63,403 nucleotides of DNA, filler included, from Octopus bimaculoides (GCF_001194135.2; 7 parts of 6 records of this genome joined end to end with filler, not necessarily neighbours in it); one strand, 5' to 3'. Counted from the first letter of the whole stretch, positions 26,509 to 40,513 are shown. Notes: generated by a model not told the origin, from the sequence alone. Numbers and translations are program-made.

Positions 26509-27180
26509 GAATATATTTATACGAATCGTATCCAGAACAAATACGATAAAATCAAACACCATAAACAACAATATTTCCAATATTAACAACATGTTTTAAG
26601 AAATACTGAGATTTCTTTTTTTGTTTTTATAACTTAAGGAAGGTTATTGACACCAATAACACAAATATTTATTTTCCATTTTCTGCGAGTCATAAAATAG
26701 GTACCAGTAATAAATGAAGGGATTTCCATCGATCGCATTTTATTCCATTTCACACAAAAGGGTTTATCTGTGTCGATGTCAAAATAAATCTTTACTGTTT
26801 TATATCTGTGATATCTGATATATTCGAAGCTGGAGAAGAAAACAACTAGAATGACAAAAAATTACAACAACAAGGAGAATCATAACATCAATGATGATGA
26901 CAACAACAACAAGAACAACATTATCAACGTGAAGAACTGTTGCAACAACAATAACTGGAATAATAACAACAGTAAACAGCATCAACAATATCGGCAACGG
27001 CAACAGTAACAAGAAGAATTTCAGCCATAGCAGCAACCACAATAAGCTATAAAGATATCCATTAAAGGAACAACATCAACACTAACCACGCAGCAGCAGC
27101 TAAAAGTTGCAGCAACGTCAATAAGAACAACACCAACGCAACAACAGCAGCAACAAGATGAACAGGACAACAGCATTCTT

Positions 27181-27665
27181 TTCTACTCTAGGCACAAGGC
27201 CCGAAATTTTGAGGGAAGGGGGCCCAGTCGATTAGATCGATCCCAGTACACNNNNNNNNNNNNNNNNNNNNNNNNNNNNNNNNNNNNNNNNNNNNNNNNN
27301 NNNNNNNNNNNNNNNNNNNNNNNNNNNNNNNNNNNNNNNNNNNNNNNNNNNNNNNNNNNNNNNNNNNNNNNNNNNNNNNNNNNNNNNNNNNNNNNNNNNN
27401 NNNNNNNNNNNNNNNNNNNNNNNNNNNNNNNNNGTCGACTTTGCCTTTCATCCTTTCGGGGTCGATAAATTAAGTACCAGTTACGCACTGGGGTCGATGT
27501 AATCGACTTAATCCCTTGTTTGTCTGTCCTTGTTTGTCCGCTCTATGTTTAGCTCCTTGTGGGCAATAAAGAAATAAGAATTTGAACTCAGAACATAAAG
27601 ACAGACTAAATACCGCTGGGCATTTCCCGCCTGCGTGCTAACGATTCTGCCAGCTCGCTGCCTTG
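27181..27665. mobile_element. Nested SINE family A copies (plus copy with alternative tail inside a minus copy)
   Basis: Minus 3' part 27181-27251, gap, plus core and different tail 27434-27580, then minus 5' part 27580-27665. Confidence 0.7.
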
Positions 27666-27812
27666 ACAACACAACAACATCATCGTTGTCTTCGTCGTCG
27701 TCGTCGTCGTCGTCGTCATCGTCGTTGTCGTCGTCATCAGCATCATCATCGCCATCATCATCATCACCACCATCATCATCACCACAACCATCATCATCAT
27801 CCCCATCATCAT

Positions 27813-27863
<51 letters not shown>

Positions 27864-28091
27864 CAATAACTACAACAATGAGCGAATGATGACGTGCAAG
27901 AAATATTGGTCAAATTGTTCTAGAACGACACCAGAGTGTGGCGAAGAACGGGAGGATACAGTGGATTATGTAGAGAGAGAGATGTGAACAACACAAAAAC
28001 CCTCTCTGTCCTTAATAACAACAAGAATCACAATGAATATGCACCAATCACAAGATCAATATAATTCTTTTCTTGAATATTCTTTTTAATG

Positions 28092-28460
28092 TGGAGGTGC
28101 AATGGCTCAGTGGCTAGGGCAGCGGACTCGCGGTCGTAGGTTCGCGGTTTCGATTCCCAGACCGAGCATTGTGAGTGTTTATTGAGCGAAATCACCTGAA
28201 CCTCCACGAGGTCCAGGCAGGGAGTGGTGGTGACCCCTACTGTATTCTTTCACCACAATTTTCTCTCACTCTTTCTTCCTCTTTCTGTTGTACCTGTATT
28301 TCAAAGGGCCAACCTTGTCACACTCTGTGTCACGCTGAATCTTCCCGAGAACTACATTAAGAATACACGTGTCTGTGGAGTGCACGTTAATTTCACGAGC
28401 AGGCTGTTCCATTGATCGGATCAACTGGAACCCTCGTCGTCGTAAACCGATGGAGTGCCA
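28092..28460 (+). mobile_element. SINE family C, full length
   Basis: GGAGGTGCAATGGCTCAGTGGCTAG A-box head, B-box-like GGTTTCGATTCC, family tail. Confidence 0.9.
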
Positions 28461-28488
28461 CGATACATATAATACATATATAGACATA

Positions 28489-28729
28489 GTGGAGGCGCAA
28501 TGGTCCAGTGGTTAGAGCAGCGGTCTCGCGGTCGTAGGATCAGGGTTTCGATTCCAAGACCGGGCGTTGTGAGTGTCTATTGAGCAAAAACACCTAAAGC
28601 TCCACGAGGCTCCACGTTAATTTCACGAAAACACCTAAAGCTCCACGGGGCTCCACGTAAATTTCACGAGCAGGCTGTTCCGTTGATCGGATCAACTAGA
28701 ACTCTCGTTGTCGTAACCGACGGAGTGCA
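28489..28729 (+). mobile_element. SINE family C, internally deleted, with a 41-bp tandem duplication
   Basis: Head and tail intact, middle absent; unit 28587-28627 repeated at 28628-28668. Confidence 0.85.
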
Positions 28730-29102
28730 CTATTCTTTTTAATATATGCCATAAAACCCCATGCAAAGTAGCTTCGAATTCCGATTAAAGCAATTGCTGC
28801 GAAACTTACGATAACTGTATGAACGTCCCTCAATATTTATTACCCTCTCCTCACATTTATATAATTCTGTGGTAGTATGCAGTATTGAGTTGGTTGGAAC
28901 CGAGAATTTTCCTGCAGTTTCCAACGAGCTAATTCTACGATGCGGTATCGATTCCCAGTTATAGTATATATCAGTTTATTGACGTCTTTGTGGACATTTT
29001 AGGAAAGCTGGGATGATGCAAAACCATTTTCACCTTTCCCTATAATCTAGCGATTGGTCAACATCGTTTTCGCTCTCACCTTTTCTCTCTCTTTCTGTGT
29101 GA

Positions 29103-29134
<32 letters not shown>

Positions 29135-29223
29135 GTATTTATTTTGTCTAAGTTAATAATTAACTCCGACAAAATAAATTGGTTAATAGATACCAGGGTA
29201 TCTATGAAATTTATATATATATA

Positions 29224-29323
29224 NNNNNNNNNNNNNNNNNNNNNNNNNNNNNNNNNNNNNNNNNNNNTTAATTAATTAANNNNNNNNNNNNNNNNNNNNN
29301 NNNNNNNNNNNNNNNNNNNNNNN
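29224..29323. other. Artificial scaffold-joining spacer
   Basis: 44 N + TTAATTAATTAA + 44 N. Confidence 0.97.
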
Positions 29324-30121
29324 AATGGGACAATCCGTGTAGATCCATCTCGCGACTACAAACTGTTCTGATTTGACGTGCGTAAGTTTTCTGCTTTGTG
29401 TGACTTAATAATAGAAAGTAGTTTGGTGCCTTTGATAGTTGTTGGTTGATTGGTTGATTGGTTGATTACGTGGGTGGGTGGGTGGATAAGGGGTGGGTTT
29501 GGTTCTCCTGCAGACGTATACTGCTTAGTGGTTGCAAGGTATCCTTTTTGAATTTATTTTTGCTGTCTTTTGTTTAATAATGGTCGTAGGTAAACAGGTC
29601 GTAGTTGAGGTGTATTGTATTTGGTCCAAGTTGGTCTTAATGACGGTGATAGACTTTTTTTTTTAATGTTTTCGGAGGAGAGACAAGGGAGATTGCAGTG
29701 GCTTTAGTGGGTTCTTTCAAAGGTTAGCGGTTGGTACCATTGTTGTTGTTGTTGTTGTGTATGATTGGATGCTGTTTGTTTGGTGTTGGCGCTTAGTTAG
29801 TGACTGATGGTTGATGTTGGTCGTTGCGTGCTCGCTGGTTTATTTATTGTGAATGGTTGGTAATAGATGTCTACTGGTGGCTGATGCTGGTACTGGTGTT
29901 AGTGTTGGTGCTTGAGTTAGTTAGATGTGCATGAGCTGGTGTTGGCGGTGATGGTTTTTTTGTTTGCTCGTTTCTTTGGGTTTTGTTTTGTTGTTTTGTT
30001 TTAGCGTCTGGTCTGCGACTGGTCTCTGAGTAATGGTGCGAGGCGGTGGTGGGGTGCAGAGATAAATAGATGGATGTGGAGAGACAGACAACCAGAGAGT
30101 GCGTCCGTGTGCGAGAGAGAA

Positions 30122-30158
<37 letters not shown>

Positions 30159-30334
30159 CGGTGAGAATGTAAGAGAGAGGGAGAGAGTGAAAAAAAGATT
30201 TAAAGGACGGGGAGATGATCTTAGTGAAAGAAAATATCAAAAGGAGAACTAGAAAGATAAATAGATGGAGAGAGAAAGAGAGAGAAGAGGGAGAGAGAAA
30301 GACAAGGAAAGAAAGTGGAAGAGAGATAAAGAGC

Positions 30335-30381
<47 letters not shown>

Positions 30382-30500
30382 CGTGTGCGCGTGCGTGTAA
30401 CTGATAAGAACTAAAATAGGGAAGAGAGGATAAGAAAAGAAATATTGAAGTGGAGAGTTAAAGAGGCGAGACGTAGAATTAAATAGCATAAGAATAAGAA

Positions 30501-30543
<43 letters not shown>

Positions 30544-31261
30544 ACAATATAGAGAAAGAGTGAGTGTGAGGGAAGGAGGCTGAGAAAAAAAGAGGAAGAA
30601 AGTGAAACAAGAAAGAAAAAAACGAATCTATATAAGAAAGTGACAGAATGTGATTGGTTGAGGAGAAGAATAAAAAGATGTCAAAGTGGATAAAAAGGAA
30701 TATTATAAGAATTTATGAAGAGGGAGAAAAAGTGGACAAGAAGGGACGTGTGTATGTGTGTGTATAAGTGTTTGTGTATTTAAGTGTGTATTATATGTGA
30801 TATATATATATATATATGTATACATATATATGCATATACATATGTATAGATATATGTGGATATAAGTAGACTAGGTAGATAAATTGATATATAGTTGGGG
30901 AGGGAGAGACAGAACGATAGACAGTAAAATTGTTAGATATTTAAACGGTTAGAAAGGTAAATAGATAGGTAATAAGTTAGATAGATAGAGAGGTAGGGCG
31001 ATACACAGATAGATAGTCAAGCAGATAGATATCTAAACAGCTAGAAAGATAAATAGATAGAGAGGTAGAGAGATACACAGATAGATAGTCAAATAGATAG
31101 ATATCTAAACAGCTAGAAAGGTAAATAGATAGACAGATAGATAGTCAAATAGATAGATATGGAAATAAATAGTTAGGTATATCGATAGATGTGTACCTAG
31201 CTAAAAAGATAGAGAGGTAACAGACAGAAGGATAGATAGAGAGGGAGAGAAATAAGTATAT

Positions 31262-31478
31262 TTTTTTTACTCTCGGCACAAGGCTCGAAATTTTTGAGGA
31301 GGGGGGTTCCAGTCGATTAGATCGACCCCAGTACGCAACTGGTACTTAATTTATCGACCTCCATAGGATGAAAGGCAAAGTCGACCTCGGCGGAATTTGA
31401 TCTCAGAATATAAAGGTTGGCCAAATTACCGCTAAGCATTTCGCTCGGCGTGTTAACGTTTCTGCCAGCTCGCCGCCT
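31262..31478 (-). mobile_element. SINE family A, full length
   Basis: Complete reverse-complement head, core and tail. Confidence 0.9.
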
Positions 31479-31849
31479 TGAGAAATAAGTATATCGATAG
31501 ATAGATAGATAAGTAGATAGACAGGAAGTTTGATTGATAGAAAGAGGTGAAATTATGAATGATAGATTGAATGAATGACGAAAATACGAGTCGAAGTTGG
31601 ATAAAACGGACAAAGACTGAAAGGAGAAAATGTGTTTTTTTTTAAAAAAAAAAAGAAAGAAATTGGAACTGAAAAATACAATAGTAAAAATATCTTTTAA
31701 AGAATAAATTCAGACAAGAACGAAAAAGTAGGAGGAGGAGGAGGGGCGGAAGGGTAGTGGTTTGGAAAGATAATTGAGATGATTAAAAGGAGGTAGAAAT
31801 TAAAAAGAAGCTCGAGTGAACCAGTAGTAGTGGTAGTACTACTATAACA

Positions 31850-31911
<62 letters not shown>

Positions 31912-31994
31912 ATTTTAGTAGTATTAGTAATATTGGTATTTGTGTTAAGTTCCAGTAGAGATGCTGGGGATGTTAGTAGGGGTAGTAAAGTGAT

Positions 31995-32078
<84 letters not shown>

Positions 32079-32300
32079 TCTATCTATCTGTCTGCCTGTC
32101 TGTCTGTTTGTCAGACTCTCTGTCTCGTATATTTAGGGCGATCCAGTGACCTGCTATTCTGATGAGTCCGTGACACGCACCCGGTTCCTTACGTAGCAAA
32201 AAGGCAATATATATGTATGCCGGATCTGTGAGTACGTTTATAAGCATGTGTATATAACCGCAAAAGAGAGAAGTTTACGTCGGTTTACATACATGCACAT

Positions 32301-32345
<45 letters not shown>

Positions 32346-32596
32346 ATAAAATTCTCTTATTCTTTTATACGTTTCAGACATGTATATATATTGTGAATTT
32401 CAGTATTGACAAATATTGGCTGGTTGAACAGGTAGTCAACAGCCGACGCGTAAAAGTTGGTCCGGCTTGCAACACACCTGTACTTGTTCCAACACTAATT
32501 TACCTACATAACACACATGTAGATTGGTACATAGACATACGTATGCACCCGCATACAAATCTAAATATGTGTCATATATGAGTATGCCTTTATATA

Positions 32597-32637
<41 letters not shown>

Positions 32638-33856
32638 NNNNNNNNNNNNNNNNNNNNNNNNNNNNNNNNNNNNNNNNNNNNNNNNNNNNNNNNNNNNNNN
32701 NNNNNNNNNNNNNNNNNNNNNNNNNNNNNNNNNNNNNNNNNNNNNNNNNNNNNNNNNNNNNNNNNNNNNNNNNNNNNNNNNNNNNNNNNNNNNNNNNNNN
32801 NNNNNNNNNNNNNNNNNNNNNNNNNNNNNNNNNNNNNNNNNNNNNNNNNNNNNNNNNNNNNNNNNNNNNNNNNNNNNNNNNNNNNNNNNNNNNNNNNNNN
32901 NNNNNNNNNNNNNNNNNNNNNNNNNNNNNNNNNNNNNNNNNNNNNNNNNNNNNNNNNNNNNNNNNNNNNNNNNNNNNNNNNNNNNNNNNNNNNNNNNNNN
33001 NNNNNNNNNNNNNNNNNNNNNNNNNNNNNNNNNNNNNNNNNNNNNNNNNNNNNNNNNNNNNNNNNNNNNNNNNNNNNNNNNNNNNNNNNNNNNNNNNNNN
33101 NNNNNNNNNNNNNNNNNNNNNNNNNNNNNNNNNNNNNNNNNNATATATATATACCTTGTTTGTCGCTCTGTCCCTGTCAGGTATTTTTGTACGATATTGA
33201 GCGGTATATGAATATATATGTGGGTGTGATTGTGTGTGTGTGTGTGTGTGTGTATGTGTGTATGTATGTATGTATGTATGTATGTATTAGCGCATGTTAT
33301 ATATTTTTTACAACCATTAACATTGATATTAGTATCTCACCATCGTCGGCGTATCCTCAGAAAGATCCAAAAAGAAAACAATACTGTTTATATTCGTAAA
33401 AGAACGTGCAAAAGTGATGTAGAGAACTTCATGCCTTTTCTAAGAGTCATAGCAGTTAAGTCATAAATAAATTAGTACAGCTCCAAACGAGAATCGAAAC
33501 CGCGGCATGGAATCAGCTGGCCCGTAACGTAAACAACAAAATACTAAAATGGAATGGTGCCTCAGATTTCTATTTTTATATTGGTATTCGATCTCTTTCT
33601 TTCTTTCTCCCCTCCCCCCACTCTTTTTTCTCAATCCAACTCTGTCAGTCACTCACTTTACATCTCTCTCCTCTCTCTTTCTCCCCCTTCTCTCTCTCTG
33701 TCGCTGTCTTTTTATCTTTTAACACACCGAACGAGAATAGAAAAGGTACCTGTTGTATTTCGTGTCCACTACAGCTGTAGTACATGCATATACATATACG
33801 TGTGTGTGAGTGTGTGTGTGTATGTGTGTGTGTGTGTGTGTGCGCGTGTGTGTGCG

Positions 33857-33913
<57 letters not shown>

Positions 33914-33944
33914 ATTTACGTATGTATGTATGTATGTATGTATG

Positions 33945-33975
<31 letters not shown>

Positions 33976-34079
33976 GTAAGTGTGTGTGCTTGCTTAAATA
34001 GCATATATGTATACATGTGCTTATACGAGGGGTGTGTATACGTAAATATACATATGTATATACATACATATATATACAT

Positions 34080-34112
<33 letters not shown>

Positions 34113-34117
34113 CACAT

Positions 34118-34148
<31 letters not shown>

Positions 34149-34987
34149 TATTTATATATGCATATATGTATGAATATATATAGACACACATACACACACA
34201 TATATATCTATGTGTGTATATTAATNNNNNNNNNNNNNNNNNNNNNNNNNNNNNNNNNNNNNNNNNNNNNNNNNNNNNNNNNNNNNNNNNNNNNNNNNNN
34301 NNNNNNNNNNNNNNNNNNNNNNNNNNNNNNNNNNNNNNNNNNNNNNNNNNNNNNNNNNNNNNNNNNNNNNNNNNNNNNNNNNNNNNNNNNNNNNNNNNNN
34401 NNNNNNNNNNNNNNNNNNNNNNNNNNNNNNNNNNNNNNNNNNNNNNNNNNNNNNNNNNNNNNNNNNNNNNNNNNNNNNNNNNNNNNNNNNNNNNNNNNNN
34501 NNNNNNNNNNNNNNNNNNNNNNNNNNNNNNNNNNNNNNNNNNNNNNNNNNNNNNNNNNNNNNNNNNNNNNNNNNNNNNNNNNNNNNNNNNNNNNNNNNNN
34601 NNNNNNNNNNNNNNNNNNNNNNNNNNNNNNNNNNNNNNNNNNNNNNNNNNNNNNNNNNNNNNNNNNNNNNNNNNNNNNNNNNNNNNNNNNNNNNNNNNNN
34701 NNNNNNNNNNNNNNNNNNNNNNNNNNNNNNNNNNNNNNNNNNNNNNNNNNNNNNNNNNNNNNNNNNNNNNNNNNNNNNNNNNNNNNNNNNNNNNNNNNNN
34801 NNNNNNNNNNNNNNNNNNNNNNNNNNNNNNNNNNNNNNNNNNNNNNNNNNNNNNNNNNNNNNNNNNNNNNNNNNNNNNNNNNNNNNNNNNNNNNNNNNNN
34901 NNNNNNNNNNNNNTAGTAGTAGTAGTAGTAGTATGTGTTGCTGTGGTAGTAGTAGTAGTTGTAGCAGTTGTAGTAGTAATGGTTATG

Positions 34988-35035
<48 letters not shown>

Positions 35036-35205
35036 TTTATGGTTGTTGTGATAACAAGAATCGTTGTAGTGGTTGAAGCAGAAGCAGTGGTGGCAGCAGT
35101 GCTTGTGGTAGCGTTAATCGTATTAGTTGTAGTCGTGTCAGTGGAGGTGTTAGTATTAGTAGCAGCAACAGCAGCAATAACAACAGTAGCTGCAGCAGTA
35201 GCAGC

Positions 35206-35257
<52 letters not shown>

Positions 35258-35384
35258 TTGGTGTTGGTGGTGGTTCTAGTGTAGTAGAAGTGGCTGTGTA
35301 ATGGATGTGGTTATGAGAATTATAGTAATGGTTGTAGTAGAAGCAGCAGTGGTGGTGGTGGTGGTGGTGGTGGCACTTGTAGCC

Positions 35385-36222
35385 GAGTTTTAATTCTACC
35401 AAGATCGATTTCTCCTTTTATCCTTTCGGGGTCGATAAAATAAGTACCAAATGAGTGCTGGGGGTAGATGTCATGAACTAAGCCCCACTCCTTCCCTCCC
35501 TCAAAAATCCCAGACCTTGTGCCTATAGCAAAACAACTTTTCTATCATTACGGCTGAGGCACCAAGGCGCGGTGAGCTGACAGAATCGTTAACACGCCAG
35601 ACAAAATACTTAATGGAATTTCTTCCGCCTATTTTCGTTCGGAGTTCAAATGCTGTCGAGGTCGACTTTGTCTTTTATCCTTTCAGGGTCAATAAAATAA
35701 GTGCCAGTTGAGCACTGGAGTCGCTGTAATCAACTAAACCCCTGCCCCAAAGTTTCTGGCATTGTGCCTATATTAGAAAGAATTTCTATTATTTTTTCCA
35801 ACGCGAAGATGACGAGCTGGCAGAATCGCTGGCCAAAAGGCTTTGCAACATTTCGGCCGTCTTTACGTTCTGAGTTCAAATTCCGCAGAGGTCGACTTTG
35901 CCTTTCATCCTTTCGGTGTCGATAAAATAAGTACCAGTTGAGCACTTGGGTCGATGTAATCGACTTCACCCTCAAAACTGCTGGCCTTGAGTCAAAATTT
36001 GAAAGCATTATTGCTAACGCGGCAGGTTAGCAGCATCGTTAGCACTTAGCGGTATATGATCCAGGTCTTTACATTCTGAGTTCAAATCCTGCCGATGTTA
36101 CCTTTGCCTTGCATCTCTCCGGGATATAAAAAATCAAGTAACAGCCAATTATTGGAGTCGACGTAATCGACTAAACTTCTGCCCCCAAATTGCTGGACTT
36201 GTACCAAAATTTGAAATGATTA
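35385..36222 (+). mobile_element. Four head-to-tail SINE family A copies
   Basis: Copies at about 35385-35530, 35565-35780, 35805-36010 and 36015-36222, all on the plus strand. Confidence 0.85.
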
Positions 36223-36611
36223 TTGATATTATTTTGCTTAATTGGGAACAGGGAGGGAGCATCCGAGTTTGATTGGAGGAATGGAGTAGGCTATCATCAT
36301 ACTGCAGACCAGGCTCGAAGTCTGGACACTGCTAAAGATAACCAAGGACCGGGACTGAACGCGGAACCATATGGTTAAGAAGCAAACTTCTTACCACACA
36401 GGCACGCCAGCGCCTACGTCTTATTTTTTAAATCAGTTTTTATTCTTGTCTCATAAACGATAGACAAACCTCAGAAATTCTTTAATTCTCTTTAAATATT
36501 TCAGTTATGGTACAACATGGCACATGACGAGAGAGCGAGGAAGAAAGAAAGAAGGAAAGAAAGAAAGAAAGAGGGAAAAAAGAAAAATGTTGAATTGGAG
36601 AATAATGACAT

Positions 36612-37032
36612 TCCTTTTACTTGGTTCAGTCCTTTGACTGTGGCCATGCTGGGACACCACCTTGAAGAATGAATCGACCCCAATATGTCATTGACTTTGG
36701 TGCTTATTCGGTCGGTCTCTATTGCGAAGCTGCTAGATTACGGGATCGTAAACACACCAACACCTGTTGTCAAGCAGTGTGGGGATAACATACACAGATA
36801 CAAAGACACATGCACACAAACACACACACACACACACATGAACATACACGAACTCTCTCACACACACACACACATATATATATACGATGGGCTTCTTTCA
36901 GTTTCCGTTTACCAAATCCTCTCACAAGGCTTTAGTCCGAAGCTATAGTAGAAGACACTTTCCCAAGATGCCACACAGAGGGACTGAACCCGGAATCGTA
37001 TGGCTGGGAAACAAGCTTCTTACCACACAGCC
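36612..37032 (-). mobile_element. SINE family B, near full length
   Basis: Reverse complement of family B with internal CA repeat; a further 5' fragment lies at 36310-36418. Confidence 0.85.
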
Positions 37033-37880
37033 AAATTCTATTTTCTTTCTCTCTTTTTTATTTTTCGGATACGAGTATGTTTCTGGCAGTCAGGCTGACG
37101 TTCTTAAAACATAAAAGTGTGTGGAAGCATGATACTTCTCTAGTGAGATAACATGGAGAATCATCTGAGAATTTTACTGTTTATATACTGTCTGATGATA
37201 AGACCAGATATTTAAGGAAGCAACCGAAACATGAATTACGCAACGTTGTCAATATGTTTGTGAAATATTTCACAAAACAAGCTCGAGTCGCTGAAATTAA
37301 AATTAAATAAGAAAAAAAAAGGAACCTTAAAAGTTAACATGTAGAAAAGGGGTTTTGTAATTACGCATAAAATAGATTGTAAATAAAACGAAAATATTTA
37401 TTCTGTGCAAATCGTTAAGCAGGATGTTCGAAAGCAAATGCGAAAAAAAAGTAACAAATTTAGAGCAATAATAATATCTTGATAGATATAAGTAAAACGA
37501 AGATTGTCAATTAACTACAGAATAAATACTTGAGAGTAGATGTCATTTTTCCTTTTATGGATGTTTGATTCCCAGAGATAAGCTTTTTCCCGCAGAAGTT
37601 ATAGAATATAGATGTCCTTATTACAATTTATATGGCTTCATTTTATTTTCAAGTTCCTACCTGTTTGACTGCATTTGTATAATATCATTATATATATANN
37701 NNNNNNNNNNNNNNNNNNNNNNNNNNNNNNNNNNNNNNNNNNNNNNNNNNNNNNNNNNNNNNNNNNNNNNNNNNNNNNNNNNNNNNNNNNNNNNNNNNNN
37801 NNNNNNNNNNNNNNNNNNNNNATACATATATTTATATGTATATATACATATGTATATATATATGTATATATGTATATGTA

Positions 37881-37918
<38 letters not shown>

Positions 37919-38246
37919 ATGTCTATAAATATGTGCGTGAATGAAAAATAAAAACATTTACCATCTATCTCCTGGACCATGGTTTCTAGCTCTATATTAG
38001 CAAATAAAATCATTTGCGAAGTGGAGCTTTCATCAACAGGAACTCCAAGATTAAACATATAAACACAAGGCAATCCAGCATGTGCCCGTGCTTATATATT
38101 ATACTTTTTCAAATCCACCGCGCAAGCGCAGTTTTTTGTCGGCAGCAAATAAAAATAATACCGGCGTTTCTTCGAAAATTAGCCATATATAATGCATAAA
38201 TACATATATATTATAAACATAAATACATATATATTTATACATATAT

Positions 38247-38314
<68 letters not shown>

Positions 38315-38354
38315 TTGTGTGTGTGTGTGTGTGTGCGTGTGTGTGTGTGTGTGC

Positions 38355-38396
<42 letters not shown>

Positions 38397-39240
38397 GTAT
38401 CCTTACAGATATATATAATTATCGTCATATAATCGTTGTTGTAGCCATGATGTTCTGGTGATCTGATGAGCTAGCTTTCTTTATTTGCATTAATTTGTGA
38501 ATATACAATTGTAGTGCATAATGCTGAGCAAACTTAATGCAAACATGAACGCATAATTTCTTCCATAGTGAAATTAATGCTTACATGCGTACAGTTGCGA
38601 AACGTCCGTAACCCTATCGGAGTTGCTTGTTTAAAATATATATATATGCTCACTTCTCACATCACTTGACTTTATAGTTTTAGGTATGTAAATATTCATT
38701 TATATATATGTATTTATATGCATTTACATATATATTATTATTATTTAGAATAGTTTCATTCATTATTCTAAGCCTAAATGAGCCGGGTTTCTTTTAGAAG
38801 CCTGGGAAACTTTAAGTTGCATAGAACCGAGTCAAATATTTTATACTATAATAATATATGCAACTCNNNNNNNNNNNNNNNNNNNNNNNNNNNNNNNNNN
38901 NNNNNNNNNNNNNNNNNNNNNNNNNNNNNNNNNNNNNNNNNNNNNNNNNNNNNNNNNNNNNNNNNNNNNNNNNNNNNNNNNNNNNNNNNNNNNNNNNNNN
39001 NNNNNNNNNNNNNNNNNNNNNNNNNNNNNNNNNNNNNNNNNNNNNNNNNNNNNNNNNNNNNNNNNNNNNNNNNNNNNNNNNNNNNNNNNNNNNNNNNNNN
39101 NNNNNNNNNNNNNAACTTTATATAATTATATATAGGCATACACACATATATACACATGTTCCACGTACACACACACGCACACCCATCCACACACACGCGT
39201 ACACACGCACACACTCACGCGCGCGCGCGCACACACACAC

Positions 39241-39276
<36 letters not shown>

Positions 39277-39375
39277 AAAGTTCATGTTTGTGAGAGATCT
39301 GAAAGCAGGTAACGCTAACTGACACAGAACTTAGTACAAATACCGAATCTAAATATTTTTCCAAAAGAAATGAAA

Positions 39376-39425
39376 TTTGACCGTGACATCGAAGTTTCGC
39401 CGGCAGCGACTCATCAGGACGTAAA
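39376..39425 (-). ncRNA. Type I minimal hammerhead ribozyme motif with canonical core
   Basis: Minus strand: CTGATGA (39417-39411), stem II GTCG-CTGC-CGGC, GAAA, near-palindromic stem III AC-TTCGAT-GT, GUC triplet; stem I imperfect. Confidence 0.65.
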
Positions 39426-39926
39426 GCGAGAAAGTCGATGGCTGGCATAAATATTAGGTAGAGTAGGAGGAGTTATGAGGTAATTGGGAGACAATAGGAA
39501 ATAAGAGTTGCTACGATAAATAGAATGGATGGAGGAAAAGATAAGTTATAAAGAGAATAGTTAGCGAGATGGTAAGGCTAGGTTTATATTCATACATAAA
39601 AATAAGCCCGCATATAGCTATGTGAATGAACACCGGGTGACATTCGAGCAATATATAAATGTATACAAGTGGATAAACATGTATGTACAATATCGTGTAT
39701 ATGTATATACAAATGTAGATGTATATATACAAATAAAAGAAAACAGATCATAGATAACAACTTACAAGAACTTCTCAAGCGACGTTAAGATGGAAACAAA
39801 GGAGTGTAAATGTTGATAGGAATCTACGTATACAAACACGAATGTAGGTACACTAGATACACCGGTTCTTAGCTGTGTACTTGTAAGCTTCTGATTAGTA
39901 TATATATATATATATATACTAATATA

Positions 39927-39975
<49 letters not shown>

Positions 39976-40468
39976 GTATATACTTAGGCATATCCAACAC
40001 ACACATATATAAGACTCACGCGCACACATGCACATATATATGTATGTATATATGTATGTATATATATATGTATGTATAGAAGTGTATACACTCACGCGCA
40101 CACACACATGTATGTGTGTATGTATGTATGTGTACACATGCATATACATTCACAATACGTATTCGAGTGCGAGTCAGACGATATTTATAATAGGTATTTT
40201 TGTTTTATCATTATTTATATATTTTCTTGTAAGATACACACATACATGCATACACGTATACATACATACATACATACATACATACATACATACATACATG
40301 CATACATACATACATGCATACATGCATACATACATACAGACAGACAGACATGAGTACATACTTACATACATACAGAAATGCATACATATTCACATATACA
40401 TACATATAAATATATGTATATACGTATATATATGTATCTAGGTGAACATTTATAAGTTTGTATGTTTG

Positions 40469-40513
<45 letters not shown>

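Noticed and set aside
23268-28560. tRNA genes
   Set aside because: The A/B-box sequences are heads of SINE family C, with no complete cloverleaf or terminator.
28587-28668. CRISPR-like or other repeat-spacer array
   Set aside because: Only two abutting units inside a SINE; eukaryotic context; no spacers anywhere in the window.
32159-32173. CTGATGAGTCCGTGA, matching the start of the classic hammerhead
   Set aside because: Not followed by GGAC-GAAA; no stem II closure or stem III.
37190-37235. CTGATGA ... GAAAC
   Set aside because: The intervening sequence forms no stem II and there is no cleavage triplet in register.
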